Below are positions 30,701 to 38,679 of a stretch of 64,000 nt of DNA, piece by piece. The number at the start of each line of letters is the position of its first letter. The stretch's first letter is position 1. The stretch is from Giardia intestinalis. Taxonomy: Eukaryota. The notes under the pieces were generated by a model. It did not search any database, was not told the DNA's origin, and worked only from the letters and a program-made list of their open reading frames with translations. The translations under genes and the position numbers were made by a program. The stretch lies in the NCBI GenBank assembly GCA_000002435.2, contig CM018793.1; one strand, written 5' to 3'.

Positions 30701-30757
30701 ATCCCATAGCTTGCTTAGGACCTGGGAGCTCTGTAGCCCCGTGTTGGGATCGACCAT
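24737..30757 (-). CDS. giant hypothetical protein (2006 aa) with a cluster of transmembrane helices near the C-terminus
   Basis: Uninterrupted 6-kb ORF with a verified ATG. C-terminal region rich in long hydrophobic segments (FVIFATLLMVLLFMSFSIAAFFIAI.., VGVFFAIQFLVIYAVLLLPI..). Confidence 0.7.
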   Translation of the reverse strand: MVDPNTGLQSSQVLSKLWDREQSNEQLKSVLRLISVTDCPLGKLTENPRTTPSTAKQKLRQRHIKAVLGEFILHNEVFHIVLGLFLSMLGLIFELSSSGSSMNMFNFIALTIYLPIFLGSNVMSTRVASSAPTSKQNSGGRFFRVCPLKDLMLQSKDQAVPMTGSKEAFLPATAVDRTAGPLISEDTLPVPDASRSQHKSSRTAEDSTSLTLEAAPIYTQVLDFQAWKPMRLQKHIASLVDMEADLRRFVLKSFSSFLAKIRNIAFPNYLVIRDGEFMVIEACNLVVGDVLVLAEGQIVPCDCTILPTYFTQAHSLSMHLPEYQMCYPAFPVDVSNKLRPFCPEAVSYGLARKQPLVYCTFPTSTAANIIAHYKIYSLYSTLCKSRAKSVRHVQKAKRIYSAGIGSTLHTASLPHQDTSEELTSSRLYRSRRERADSSNPLLESNFSGRGQSMHANSIVDDALSFYVNKLGLQDSVQSSLLLCGQKILQIKNPLPITLENVSISTIVSAFFARVHANCQTETTEFSAEKFARLSSLCMKVLIDELGARKTSSSSVSIAVTRGIRVCVTALGKDTSVFQRSERLLSDLQQSLDFPARPNHSLRRSLRRSKLPKPNVSSPATLIEGKEALTETISMPASFLSSTLSMQNFFRVISIISLWVSVFLIIIPVLPRLALSSELRRQYVSYWDPAQSDQLALFAIGFIPSVCAALTFGLVSGLFLHRNTVALRPIISVSSKHLSSLVQRNVHIHTLGALEAIGFTNALVIDESLLVNISGSQVHEDAPGFWGPVAMNLSFIYVAGENTTHRLYLDEEIRLQGSILAQDIVTPLWPSIFRYLVQVNAVTGQYVIIGARRRFHGSYALQHSAGVVESTEQIDHSHQFSFYEGQHADITFAQTPKVPKQSRRLYDTLLCLMRFLACVTMGPADVAHALKNSTTEQTIFTPDYAFEIVAFDSESTSSRSPSRECSFHEQKDPLYATTNRRTRTSTSSEASLAKPSPTFVELSLSRPIRPDVITSSYFSGFEEYLCKYLTMNQARTLRSIRTSRYSATVRKYGRLITPGCLQDSHLSVAQIHPLVTYPLCVYLVYIERQAPVIVVKSSSPEDLISVCKYTIADDLGSTIAGDHHFFTLAADSDHILFYYRRMDDARRQLATQQINKLGATCHELVLYAMSALHVANMDLSDLSRETIPALDLIYIGAMGFHATQKHAPTAFISRFTDLSNGANLIITTRRSSNAGQQHAAFGLCRPKEMCANPLTDVQTLLSALNLTVQTNASHGRNNLGEVRDSDWNTSNAEADKPCHDISLPTVELRPKKPKGSNQKQPIVVPPLTAQTRRCFVTTDLKAVSLYTLSRIHDNNGKLLLSSRPNRRHNKSYVHLQRKRADMLDDWRAVTADEHFDCVSRYPLVLSDAEEEQNSTQQDTRVFHARRTQHAKYHHRSAQLAQNRQIYAQLKATSSELNISDESFVSDETQVHSLRPRRQDATISSIDCTLGYPIIAPQQTWKAVEHFMATAQRFYNPPKRTHYRAPIREGELLGEHLPNVFVIPESNSVDVASALSNAGAFVTLVLPSRPSSYAYTIEEEDVFKDNTTAATLLQTAGDSKTVPSYLSVCRSNISFSRKPDFLIIGYSPGYEPNRGKQQLGIPKESYVQLRRLLRERISVAYTFGHHGLQHLRDVALEAPYFFLSMFPAFIGTVRSSLLQGIFPLTLALTITTNITLECILYRYEMINMGLRPWYYPPTTVGIILLTNALVNDFMIPKVLQFSLRFHRRPTQIEGKLRSRSLSQHDPLVKQMINHIHRAVIRMKGRHNAHSLPSVTAYTKQPPSRYHLKALMNVAEKLSKNLRTSSLTSFSLIFIVISAIALLPSINYRYYGTTEFFKPMYLDRNNLFVSSLSRKFVIFATLLMVLLFMSFSIAAFFIAIRLPIVRGMEGSMHRCFRVLHVGVFFAIQFLVIYAVLLLPIRFPILSLLISGFTISEETSEFWNSVFLSAGISCLVLVGVILEQSVPILN

Positions 30758-30775
30758 CGGCCCTTTGGCTACAGA

Positions 30776-31420
30776 TTATTTTGGAAAGCGGAAAAGACAG
30801 TTCGAGAGGGTTCTCTGAGCTTCAGAAGCTGTCCGGCCACGCTCAATGTTATCCATGGTTAGGATTAGCTTTCTGTCTGTGCTCAGTGGGGGAAGCGATT
30901 TTATCCCCTTTTGACTAACCCCTTCGCGAGCCACCCTGTGACGGCTTACGGCTGCAGTCAGAAGAGCTAACTCCTCCTCTTCATTGGCAAAGGCACCAGG
31001 GTACATCAGGGCCTGGGCAAATTTGCTTGTTTCTTCAGAGAATTCTACTGGGTCTTCAGTGAAATGAGAGGATGAGTAAAGAGTGCTATCCTCGCTGTGA
31101 GACCGCTGATTCTGTGGACAGGTGCCTATCAAAGGCTCAGTATGTAGGTGAGATTGTGGTGCTCCACGATTTAAACAAGAACTTGGAGCAGAATTCCTAG
31201 GGTCATATCCACAAGAGACTCCTCGGCGGAAGTATCTTGCCCGAGAAATCACATCCTCCTTCCCCTCTCTAATTGACTTTAGTCGGCTTCGGAGGAGTAT
31301 TGTCGATGTAGGGTCCTCGATATTCCGCGGAATGACATTCTCTGGAGGAACAACTTTAGCAATCTTCCGGCATAATGTGTTGAGGCTGAAAAGCCCCGGG
31401 TCCATTGGTTTATCTGACAT
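30776..31420 (-). CDS. hypothetical protein (214 aa); possibly the N-terminal part of the downstream 2006-aa gene
   Basis: ATG verified. Same frame as 24737..30757, separated by one TAA and six codons. Confidence 0.45.
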   Translation of the reverse strand: MSDKPMDPGLFSLNTLCRKIAKVVPPENVIPRNIEDPTSTILLRSRLKSIREGKEDVISRARYFRRGVSCGYDPRNSAPSSCLNRGAPQSHLHTEPLIGTCPQNQRSHSEDSTLYSSSHFTEDPVEFSEETSKFAQALMYPGAFANEEEELALLTAAVSRHRVAREGVSQKGIKSLPPLSTDRKLILTMDNIERGRTASEAQRTLSNCLFRFPK

Positions 31421-32501
31421 GGGGAGAGTCGGTCTGAAAGAAATCGTTTAAAATTTTGTGCAATGTGCTGATGAATGGCACCAAGACCGTATTGTCCTCG
31501 AACGCCCTATCGAGAATGTCGTTAATGCATAGAGTCAATGGCCTTCTGTCCAGCTCGTTGCACAGCACGGACAGTGACTGGTTGTTCTTAAGAGGAACAT
31601 ATGCAAACAGGCCTCCACTGTCGAAGTCTAGTTGCTTATACCACCCTGGAAAGTAGTTGTTAGCCGCCAGGTAGCCCTCTGTGTTAATCACGCTTATTGA
31701 ACGTTTTGTCCGGACAGGGTCCTTCGCATTCCTTTTCAAGACTATCTCCAGGCTCTCCATTACAGACCTCCTGAAGGTGACAAAGGAGTGTTTGGGGTAC
31801 TGACGTGTTACGTCGGACCCCAGCATCACATTAACTAAAAGGTTGGAGTTTTGGATGGCAAAGTAGTGCCCGCACTTTCTTTTATACTGCCCGTACTGCT
31901 GGATTCCAGGGGCGTTACGGCGCTCTACAGGAAAAATGCTCCTGTAGGACCCGTGAGGATCCAGCACGTAACAGCCGTTCCTGTTAGGCACCACCGGTCC
32001 GTCAAACAACAACTTGGGGTCTATGTAGTTGGTTATGAGACAATCGTCGTTTAGATAAACATAAAATTCTGACAACCCAGGTATACGGTGCAGGAAGCTT
32101 TCGATGGCGAGCGAATTTCTCGAAATGTGGTCTGAGGGGGGAATGATGGTTTTGTGATAAACATATTCGATGGGCACCTTCCACTCTGAGGACTTCAACC
32201 AGGAAATTCTCTCGCCGTTAGTGACAATGAAGACTCGTCTTATGTAAGGCATGTACCGTTCTACACCCCGCAGGGAATAGTAGAGTTCATCCATATTCCT
32301 GAAACGGTGAATGCCCTCCGCATTCAGGGTGTCCAGTTTTTGGATCGGTGCGTGATGGCCTGCAGATCCATTTACCCATGTGTACACGAGATCAATGTTG
32401 CTGCATCTGGGAAGATTGTCCCCAATTGTAATTTCATGGAATGAATGCCTGCTTCCTACGGCCACAGAAAGAATTCCGAAGAACACCCAAGCAGGGCACA
32501 T
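31410..32501 (-). CDS. Stealth-family protein (GNPTAB / capsule-phosphotransferase-like hexose-1-phosphotransferase), N-terminal signal/anchor
   Basis: CR1 IDLVYTWVNGS, CR2 ELYYSLRGVERYMPYIRRVFIVTNGERISWL, CR3 AIESFLHRIPGLSEFYVYLNDD, CR4-like CIND. ATG with an AT-rich leader (gcactaaataaATG). Confidence 0.75.
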   Translation of the reverse strand: MCPAWVFFGILSVAVGSRHSFHEITIGDNLPRCSNIDLVYTWVNGSAGHHAPIQKLDTLNAEGIHRFRNMDELYYSLRGVERYMPYIRRVFIVTNGERISWLKSSEWKVPIEYVYHKTIIPPSDHISRNSLAIESFLHRIPGLSEFYVYLNDDCLITNYIDPKLLFDGPVVPNRNGCYVLDPHGSYRSIFPVERRNAPGIQQYGQYKRKCGHYFAIQNSNLLVNVMLGSDVTRQYPKHSFVTFRRSVMESLEIVLKRNAKDPVRTKRSISVINTEGYLAANNYFPGWYKQLDFDSGGLFAYVPLKNNQSLSVLCNELDRRPLTLCINDILDRAFEDNTVLVPFISTLHKILNDFFQTDSPHVR

Positions 32502-32645
32502 TTATTTAGTGCTCAAGTAAGCCGTAAACTCTTTCGTCTTTAATAGCTATCTACGGACAGCAGTGCAAAGTCCTTACGAAATTATTTACTAGCCAGGAGT
32601 TTCCCTGCATGTACCCTGAGCAGGGAACGCCCCAAAGAAAATAAA

Positions 32646-33395
32646 ATGACAGCCCTCATAATCTTCTGTGGGTCCTTCAATCCAGTAACAAAAGCCCATA
32701 TATCTATTATAGACAAAGCAATAGATTTTATCAACAATCTCACCTGCGACGATGGAACTTTGCTAGAAGCAGGGACCTACCGGGTCCTGATTTCACCGGT
32801 TCACGACAGCTACCCTTGGAAGAAGCTTGCTCCCGCCAAGAACCGCATCCGGATGTTGGAGCTTGCCATTGAAGATAGCAGGTATCAAGACCTCATCGAG
32901 ATCAATACCTACGAGGCTTTAATCCAGCAGAGCTTTACGCCCACATATGATGTCTTGTGCCATCTGAAGGAGGGATATCCGGACAAGAACATGTACTTTC
33001 TGTGTGGAGCTGACTTAGTGGAGTCTATGACCAATACAGCGGTATGGCCGGCGTCCAGCATAGAGAAGATCTTTCACATCTGCAAGCTTCTTGTAGCGCC
33101 GCGGAACCTCGGAACAGGGTCAATAGAGACCTGTGAGCTTTTCAGAAAGATCCTCGAGCACCCTTTGTTACACCATGCAAAGGAGAATGGGCAGCTATTC
33201 TTCCTACCAGACGTTTCTCTGGATTGCAGCAGCTCCGATGTAAGAGCATATTGTGCTGACAGCTCATCGACATTCAGCGGCTTTGGATTGCCTGACGAAA
33301 CAGACGTTGCCATGAAGAAGCTCGCACGATACGTGCCTTTCAGTATCATGGCCTACATAAAGAAGCACCATCTGTATGAAGCCCACTACAGCTAA
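32646..33395 (+). CDS. nicotinamide/nicotinate mononucleotide adenylyltransferase (NMNAT)
   Basis: GSFNPVTKAH (the nucleotidyltransferase H-x-G-H equivalent seen in NMNATs) and SSSDVR (ISSTxxR-type motif). 249 aa. ATG after aaaataaaATG. Confidence 0.8.
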   Translation: MTALIIFCGSFNPVTKAHISIIDKAIDFINNLTCDDGTLLEAGTYRVLISPVHDSYPWKKLAPAKNRIRMLELAIEDSRYQDLIEINTYEALIQQSFTPTYDVLCHLKEGYPDKNMYFLCGADLVESMTNTAVWPASSIEKIFHICKLLVAPRNLGTGSIETCELFRKILEHPLLHHAKENGQLFFLPDVSLDCSSSDVRAYCADSSSTFSGFGLPDETDVAMKKLARYVPFSIMAYIKKHHLYEAHYS

Positions 33396-33420
33396 TACGT
33401 TTACATAAAACGATAGTGCA

Positions 33421-35325
33421 CTAAGTGATAATATCAGAATTACTTAAACTATCCTGTGTATCAAAGAATGAGATGGAAGGATTGGATTCGCTGCTACTCT
33501 GAGTTCTGTCCACGGAGCGTCTGTGTGCAGAGACAGTCTTGACTGGTGGCTTAATGCAGAAGCTTATTAATGCAACCATAATTAGCGTAATATATATTGC
33601 GAAGGATATTGTCCCCATCATCATCATAAAGTCTTTGTCTGCTTGATGGAGATCGTGGGTCAGAATATAAGGAGAGACGACATCCAAATTCGGCATGTAC
33701 ATCTCGACGTACTTGAGAAGAACGTCGATTGCATTAACCTCTTGTCCATTCTGATCATAGTAGGGAGAAACAGAGTATGGACCGGATCCCTCTTCATAGC
33801 AAGCTCCTCCTTCCTGTAACAGAGCAAGAAAGCTCTCTGCGCTTTTTATGGTCGTTAGCAAGTCGTAGCACTTATTTGGGTTTAAGGTAAAAGGGTCCAA
33901 AGTTGTCTGGTAATTGATAAGGTGGGGGTCCTCCCAATCAAATAGACCTTCTGGAAGGGGATACATGGTTTCTGCAAGCCCATTCTTCACTGAAAAGAGA
34001 CACGCAATCAGGTTGGCTGTTAGCCCACGAATCGTCGACATGGTTTGCCAAGAGGGCTGGATTGCAATGCAATCATCTCTAGTGACGTTCCCAGGAAAAA
34101 AATCATACCTGGCCGTCCCAGAAGAAATCGTTGGAAAAGGGAGGCACGGAGTAGACCTTGTAGGATAGAACACCGCAGGAATTGCTCCATTGAGCCACAG
34201 GTTAAAGATAGAATCTTGATCTGTAGCGTTCTTGAACATGCTGTAGTAGTGCTTGTTATAGCCAATAAAGGCTGTCAGGTTTAGATCTGCCACCCACCCG
34301 GCAATCTTATTCGAGAGGATGGCCCCGTTCTCAGTCATGAACGTTTCCGTAGTAAGGTTGAATCTCTTTGCCAAACTCTCGGACGTAAAGTTGTAGGGTA
34401 AAGAGTAGTCTACGGAGGAAAACTGGTATCCTGTATACGTATTCCCTTCATGGCTATAAGTCATGGGCTTGAACTCATAGGTAACGTGCTGCATAAAGCG
34501 CAGATAACACCCACCCTCGACAATGTAGCACTGCTTGTCCTGACCGTCCATGCAATACGTGTTCTTAATTTGGTGGTAGTGACCGGCAATAATTATTATC
34601 GGAATGGTATAATTGATTTGGTTATAAAACGCACGCAGTTCTGTAACTATTTCGGATATCTCCAGGTCATATGTCGGTATATGACATGCGAGGACTAGCA
34701 GATCCGTTTGGTACTTATACTTCTCAAGGACACCGGTGATCTCCTGGGATGCAATGGCCTCCCTCGCAGGGATAGTGTAGACCCCGTCATATGGGCTGGT
34801 GTGGAATAGAAAGCCAAGCATGAGAACCCGGAGTCCAGTAGGAAGAACGAGATACTTATATCTTCCGCTTCCGACTGGCACGTTCGTATCGCGCATAAAA
34901 ACATTGGTGGTTATATATCTGTCACCGAAGAGGGCTTCAACCTTGCTGTGTATGTAATCTGTTGTCTCCTTATAGTATGATTCGTGGTTCCCTATCGTCT
35001 GTAGGTCGAAGCCAATATAGGATGCCGCCTCCAGTATCTTTTCTCCCTTAACTTTTGTGAGATCACTAAGCCCTGTTCCCTCTACCAGATCCCCCGCATC
35101 TACTGCTAACACAGATCGACCTTCGGACTCCAAAGCTTTTTGTCTTGTGCGCTCTATGTAAGAAAGAAGCGTGCCATAATCTCCATATTCTGGTAGATGT
35201 CTGTGGCCGTAAATCCAGCCGTGAGTGTCTGACACAGAGATAACGTCGAGGACAATTTTTGACTCTGTACTAAGATACGCTGATCTGATGAGTAATAACA
35301 GCGTGTGCAGTAGTGCCAATATCAT
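33421..35325 (-). CDS. membrane-anchored calcineurin-like metallophosphoesterase (5'-nucleotidase-like), paralog B
   Basis: The track start is GTG (35385); the first ATG is at 35325, giving signal peptide MILALLHTLLLLIRSAYLS. Motifs SVSDTHGW, VDAGDLVEGTG, IGNHE; C-terminal TM ISFAIYITLIMVALISFCI. Paralogous to 11991..13796. Confidence 0.8.
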   Translation of the reverse strand: MILALLHTLLLLIRSAYLSTESKIVLDVISVSDTHGWIYGHRHLPEYGDYGTLLSYIERTRQKALESEGRSVLAVDAGDLVEGTGLSDLTKVKGEKILEAASYIGFDLQTIGNHESYYKETTDYIHSKVEALFGDRYITTNVFMRDTNVPVGSGRYKYLVLPTGLRVLMLGFLFHTSPYDGVYTIPAREAIASQEITGVLEKYKYQTDLLVLACHIPTYDLEISEIVTELRAFYNQINYTIPIIIIAGHYHQIKNTYCMDGQDKQCYIVEGGCYLRFMQHVTYEFKPMTYSHEGNTYTGYQFSSVDYSLPYNFTSESLAKRFNLTTETFMTENGAILSNKIAGWVADLNLTAFIGYNKHYYSMFKNATDQDSIFNLWLNGAIPAVFYPTRSTPCLPFPTISSGTARYDFFPGNVTRDDCIAIQPSWQTMSTIRGLTANLIACLFSVKNGLAETMYPLPEGLFDWEDPHLINYQTTLDPFTLNPNKCYDLLTTIKSAESFLALLQEGGACYEEGSGPYSVSPYYDQNGQEVNAIDVLLKYVEMYMPNLDVVSPYILTHDLHQADKDFMMMMGTISFAIYITLIMVALISFCIKPPVKTVSAHRRSVDRTQSSSESNPSISFFDTQDSLSNSDIIT

Positions 35326-35756
35326 TGTGGAAAGATTATTAATTTTAAGCAGTTCCTGGTCAATTTTCGGCAAGCCCGTACCCACAGGCTCCTGACAGTA
35401 ACTGGGTAACTATCCAGGCCAAAGAAGGGGCCATTCCTGTTATTTTAAAACTAAGATAATTATTTTGTAATGTTCAGTTACGTTCATCGTATGTTATTAT
35501 AAGTCTGCCTTAAGGACTAACTATCGCGCTGCTTGAGTCTACAGATTTACAAGCGAGAGAAAGGACGGTAACAGCTATTAAATCTGTAGAGTTGTCAATG
35601 TGTTCGTTGACAGGGTGGAGCCAACTCAGAGCGCGCAATCTCCTCTGTGTAGTCATACCCGTTTTAGAGCAATGGGTACTCGACGCATCTCTTCTGTTAG
35701 TATTGCCATTGTAATTGAAATGGCAACGAATCTTCTTGAACTAGCATTGCAGATAG

Positions 35757-38666
35757 ATGTCGTCCCAGGATAGCTCTACAGATTGCTCCACAGACGAAGT
35801 TGATGGACCATATGTATCGACAATCCAGTTCGCCATTCAGGACATGGCGCACAGATATGCGCCGAAATTTACCAAAGTCCACACACTGGACACGCCCATC
35901 CCCACAAGTCAGATCCACGTTCACGAGCTTCTGAGTGGGAATATTTACATGCCAATACAGAACCTTCCTCCTCCTTGCGACGATCCCACCTCCCCATGGT
36001 TTTACATCAACGACTGCAGGCCGCAATATCCGAGCCAACCGTACTACTCTGTTGTTCCTCAGCTCATTATCAGAGGAACTCCATACTATCCCCTCAACAG
36101 CCTAACCCCCAACAAGCACCACGTCCGCAATTCTGCCAGAGATCTTGCCGAGTTCTACATGGACAAGGAGGATGTTTATGGAATTGCCACTGCACTTCTT
36201 GCCAAGCTTTACATGAGCGCGATTTCCCAGGCCCGCGCTGTCCGGGACACAATCCATGCAACGACAGCTGAGATTCGCGCATCCAAGATCCACCTTGCGG
36301 CTCCAACCGACTTTGGTTTTCCAGCGTCAGAATCGGACTGTTTTTCTTCTCAATGTCACGAGCTAACAAAGCAGTTGCAAACTAGGTTCGTCGGTCTTAA
36401 GCCATACGCTGATTTGTCAATTGCTCAGGGCATCAAGGATCCTCTGTACCTACTCGACTGGGACGAATATAACGAGTTCACGGTGGGAGGCGGGATTTTT
36501 GACAGCTACCTTCTTAATGATTATAAAGCCATAGACTTCTCCACAGCATGTGGCCTCCTTAGTGCGGTGTACAACGATATGTTTGACCCTCCCATGGAGA
36601 TCCCGCACATATGCGAAAATTCTACTGGGGTCTTCTACAGGCAATCAAACGGGTTTTCCATTGACTGTCTTGCAACCCTTCCGCACGCAGAATATATTAT
36701 TGTACGACCCATTGGAGATCATGGTGGTGAGTCACTCTCCAATCCACTCCTTATTAAGCCTACAGGAAGGTGGTGCACAACATACGAGTTGCTTATGGCG
36801 TTCGCTGAGTCCTTAATGTTGAGGGATTCTGGCTTCCAGGACGATTTCACGCACAGGGCTAAGCAAAAGTTCGAATCTGTTAAGGAAAAATTTGAGCAGA
36901 GAAGCGTAGGTGACTCCTCCGGGCGATGCACAGTTTGCGGGAACATCGACTTTGACAGTTATGCTGAGCACGTGGCCTCTACACAGCATTTGAAAAACTA
37001 CCGCAAAGAGCTCAACAAACTATTCAGGCCGACACTCTTGGAGACGGAAGCAGAAAAGGGGCTGATCAAGCTGGACGACTCAAATGGACATTTCCTGGCT
37101 CACAGATCTCCCACTTGTTTAGAGTACATTAAGCATGTCAGCAAACACATGGAGCTGAAGAATACAGCGCTTGCCCAACTGTCCTATCTCGCTAACTGCA
37201 TTGCAACACGTGAGAACGTAGATTACACCCTTGCATGTGCTGCAGTAACACGCTCCTGTTATTCGATGGGACTTCCACTCATGCTCGATGCCGGCGACAA
37301 ACCCGTGCGTGCCTCAAGCCCGACTCTGAAGGAAAACAGATCTGTTCGAGCATGGTTGGCAGATGTGCGGCGCGCTCGAGCAGATGAGTTCAATGAGGTC
37401 GATGCCAGAAACAGCAATGCAGAGTCTGAGGAGAGGTGCGCCATAGAAGCACAGATCCTTTATGCACTAGCCGCAATGTTCGAGCAAGTGGGCTGCGAGC
37501 CTCTTTCCCTTCTGAATGCAGACTTTCCTAACATATTGGCGAACGAAAACAGACCCAACAGGCGCCACGTAATAGAGATTTTCATCTCTGGAGATGACGT
37601 GCGCAGTGCATACAGCTCAGCACATCCCTCGCAGCGTATGGGGTTCTGTAACTTTGTTTCTATCTTCGCTCCGCATCTTTGTGAAGTAAGCTCAAGCCAA
37701 AGCAGTTCTGGTCTCAGTACAATCGTCTCAAAAGGCCAAGATAGACTATACTTATCCCAGAGCGATATAACAGCTTTGGTCTCGGAACTCAAGGACTATG
37801 AAGTGGGGAATTACGCACCTGGTGGCGTTATGTCCCGGATAGCCAGATTCACACGTTTGGCCCTGGAAGCCGATCCTCTCTTTACCACAGAGCTGGTTAC
37901 TAGGCAAGATACAGCGGTGTCACAAGCAGAAGATTCCACCAAGGATGGTTCCAGTGCTACAAGTACACCATTTGATCCTCCGGAGATAACACTGCCTAAT
38001 ATGCGGAGAAGTATATCCGTAGGAGGAGATGAATTACAGCAGGACTTAAGCTTCGACAGATTTACCGAAGATCTCAATGGAGATACGTCAGCTCTATCTA
38101 CTGACCTGCAAGATTATCCCATTGATATTTATCAAAGTCTCCTCACGGAAGTAGATAGATATCTTGAGCCAGACGACAGTGAGCCCTTGCAGCTCAGCAA
38201 TCTTCAGTCAGTCTCATTTGGAGGATTCAACGAAGCGTACAGTGAAGAGTGCTCCTATCGAGATGACTTGATATTTTCCAACAGCTTTGATACAGGATCA
38301 GGCATAGCGAGAGATTGTTACAGTATGCAAATGTTACAGGCTGACATAAATAGGCGTGATTATATAGACAAGGCTCTGGCCGGAGACTTTGCCTCCCAGG
38401 TCTCTGCTATCTACTCTGCCGTCATTCCATCACACATAGGCCCCAGGTCATACCTTCATGCGTGCAGCGACCTCCATACACAAGTGCTGGATTCATTAAC
38501 AGCCTATAACGGGGTTTCCTCGGTGGATACGGCGGACGCCGTGGCTATAGCACTCAATGCAACGCGGATTGTGCGCCAGGATGTATATGACATTGCATCA
38601 ACACGGTCTGTGACATATTTACCGGGAAGCAGAACAGTCCTGCGAAAAACAGCCTTCGGAAATTAA
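35757..38666 (+). CDS. hypothetical protein (969 aa) with a U1/matrin-like C2H2 zinc finger
   Basis: Long ORF with an ATG. CTVCGNIDFDSYAEHVASTQHLKNYRKEL resembles a C2H2 jaz/matrin-type finger. Confidence 0.65.
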   Translation: MSSQDSSTDCSTDEVDGPYVSTIQFAIQDMAHRYAPKFTKVHTLDTPIPTSQIHVHELLSGNIYMPIQNLPPPCDDPTSPWFYINDCRPQYPSQPYYSVVPQLIIRGTPYYPLNSLTPNKHHVRNSARDLAEFYMDKEDVYGIATALLAKLYMSAISQARAVRDTIHATTAEIRASKIHLAAPTDFGFPASESDCFSSQCHELTKQLQTRFVGLKPYADLSIAQGIKDPLYLLDWDEYNEFTVGGGIFDSYLLNDYKAIDFSTACGLLSAVYNDMFDPPMEIPHICENSTGVFYRQSNGFSIDCLATLPHAEYIIVRPIGDHGGESLSNPLLIKPTGRWCTTYELLMAFAESLMLRDSGFQDDFTHRAKQKFESVKEKFEQRSVGDSSGRCTVCGNIDFDSYAEHVASTQHLKNYRKELNKLFRPTLLETEAEKGLIKLDDSNGHFLAHRSPTCLEYIKHVSKHMELKNTALAQLSYLANCIATRENVDYTLACAAVTRSCYSMGLPLMLDAGDKPVRASSPTLKENRSVRAWLADVRRARADEFNEVDARNSNAESEERCAIEAQILYALAAMFEQVGCEPLSLLNADFPNILANENRPNRRHVIEIFISGDDVRSAYSSAHPSQRMGFCNFVSIFAPHLCEVSSSQSSSGLSTIVSKGQDRLYLSQSDITALVSELKDYEVGNYAPGGVMSRIARFTRLALEADPLFTTELVTRQDTAVSQAEDSTKDGSSATSTPFDPPEITLPNMRRSISVGGDELQQDLSFDRFTEDLNGDTSALSTDLQDYPIDIYQSLLTEVDRYLEPDDSEPLQLSNLQSVSFGGFNEAYSEECSYRDDLIFSNSFDTGSGIARDCYSMQMLQADINRRDYIDKALAGDFASQVSAIYSAVIPSHIGPRSYLHACSDLHTQVLDSLTAYNGVSSVDTADAVAIALNATRIVRQDVYDIASTRSVTYLPGSRTVLRKTAFGN

Positions 38667-38679
38667 GAGCAAGGTGACC

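Noticed and set aside
35697-36038. 113-aa minus-strand ORF overlapping the start of the 969-aa gene
   Set aside because: It overlaps the 5' end of a much longer ORF with a good ATG and AT-rich leader, and has no start context of its own
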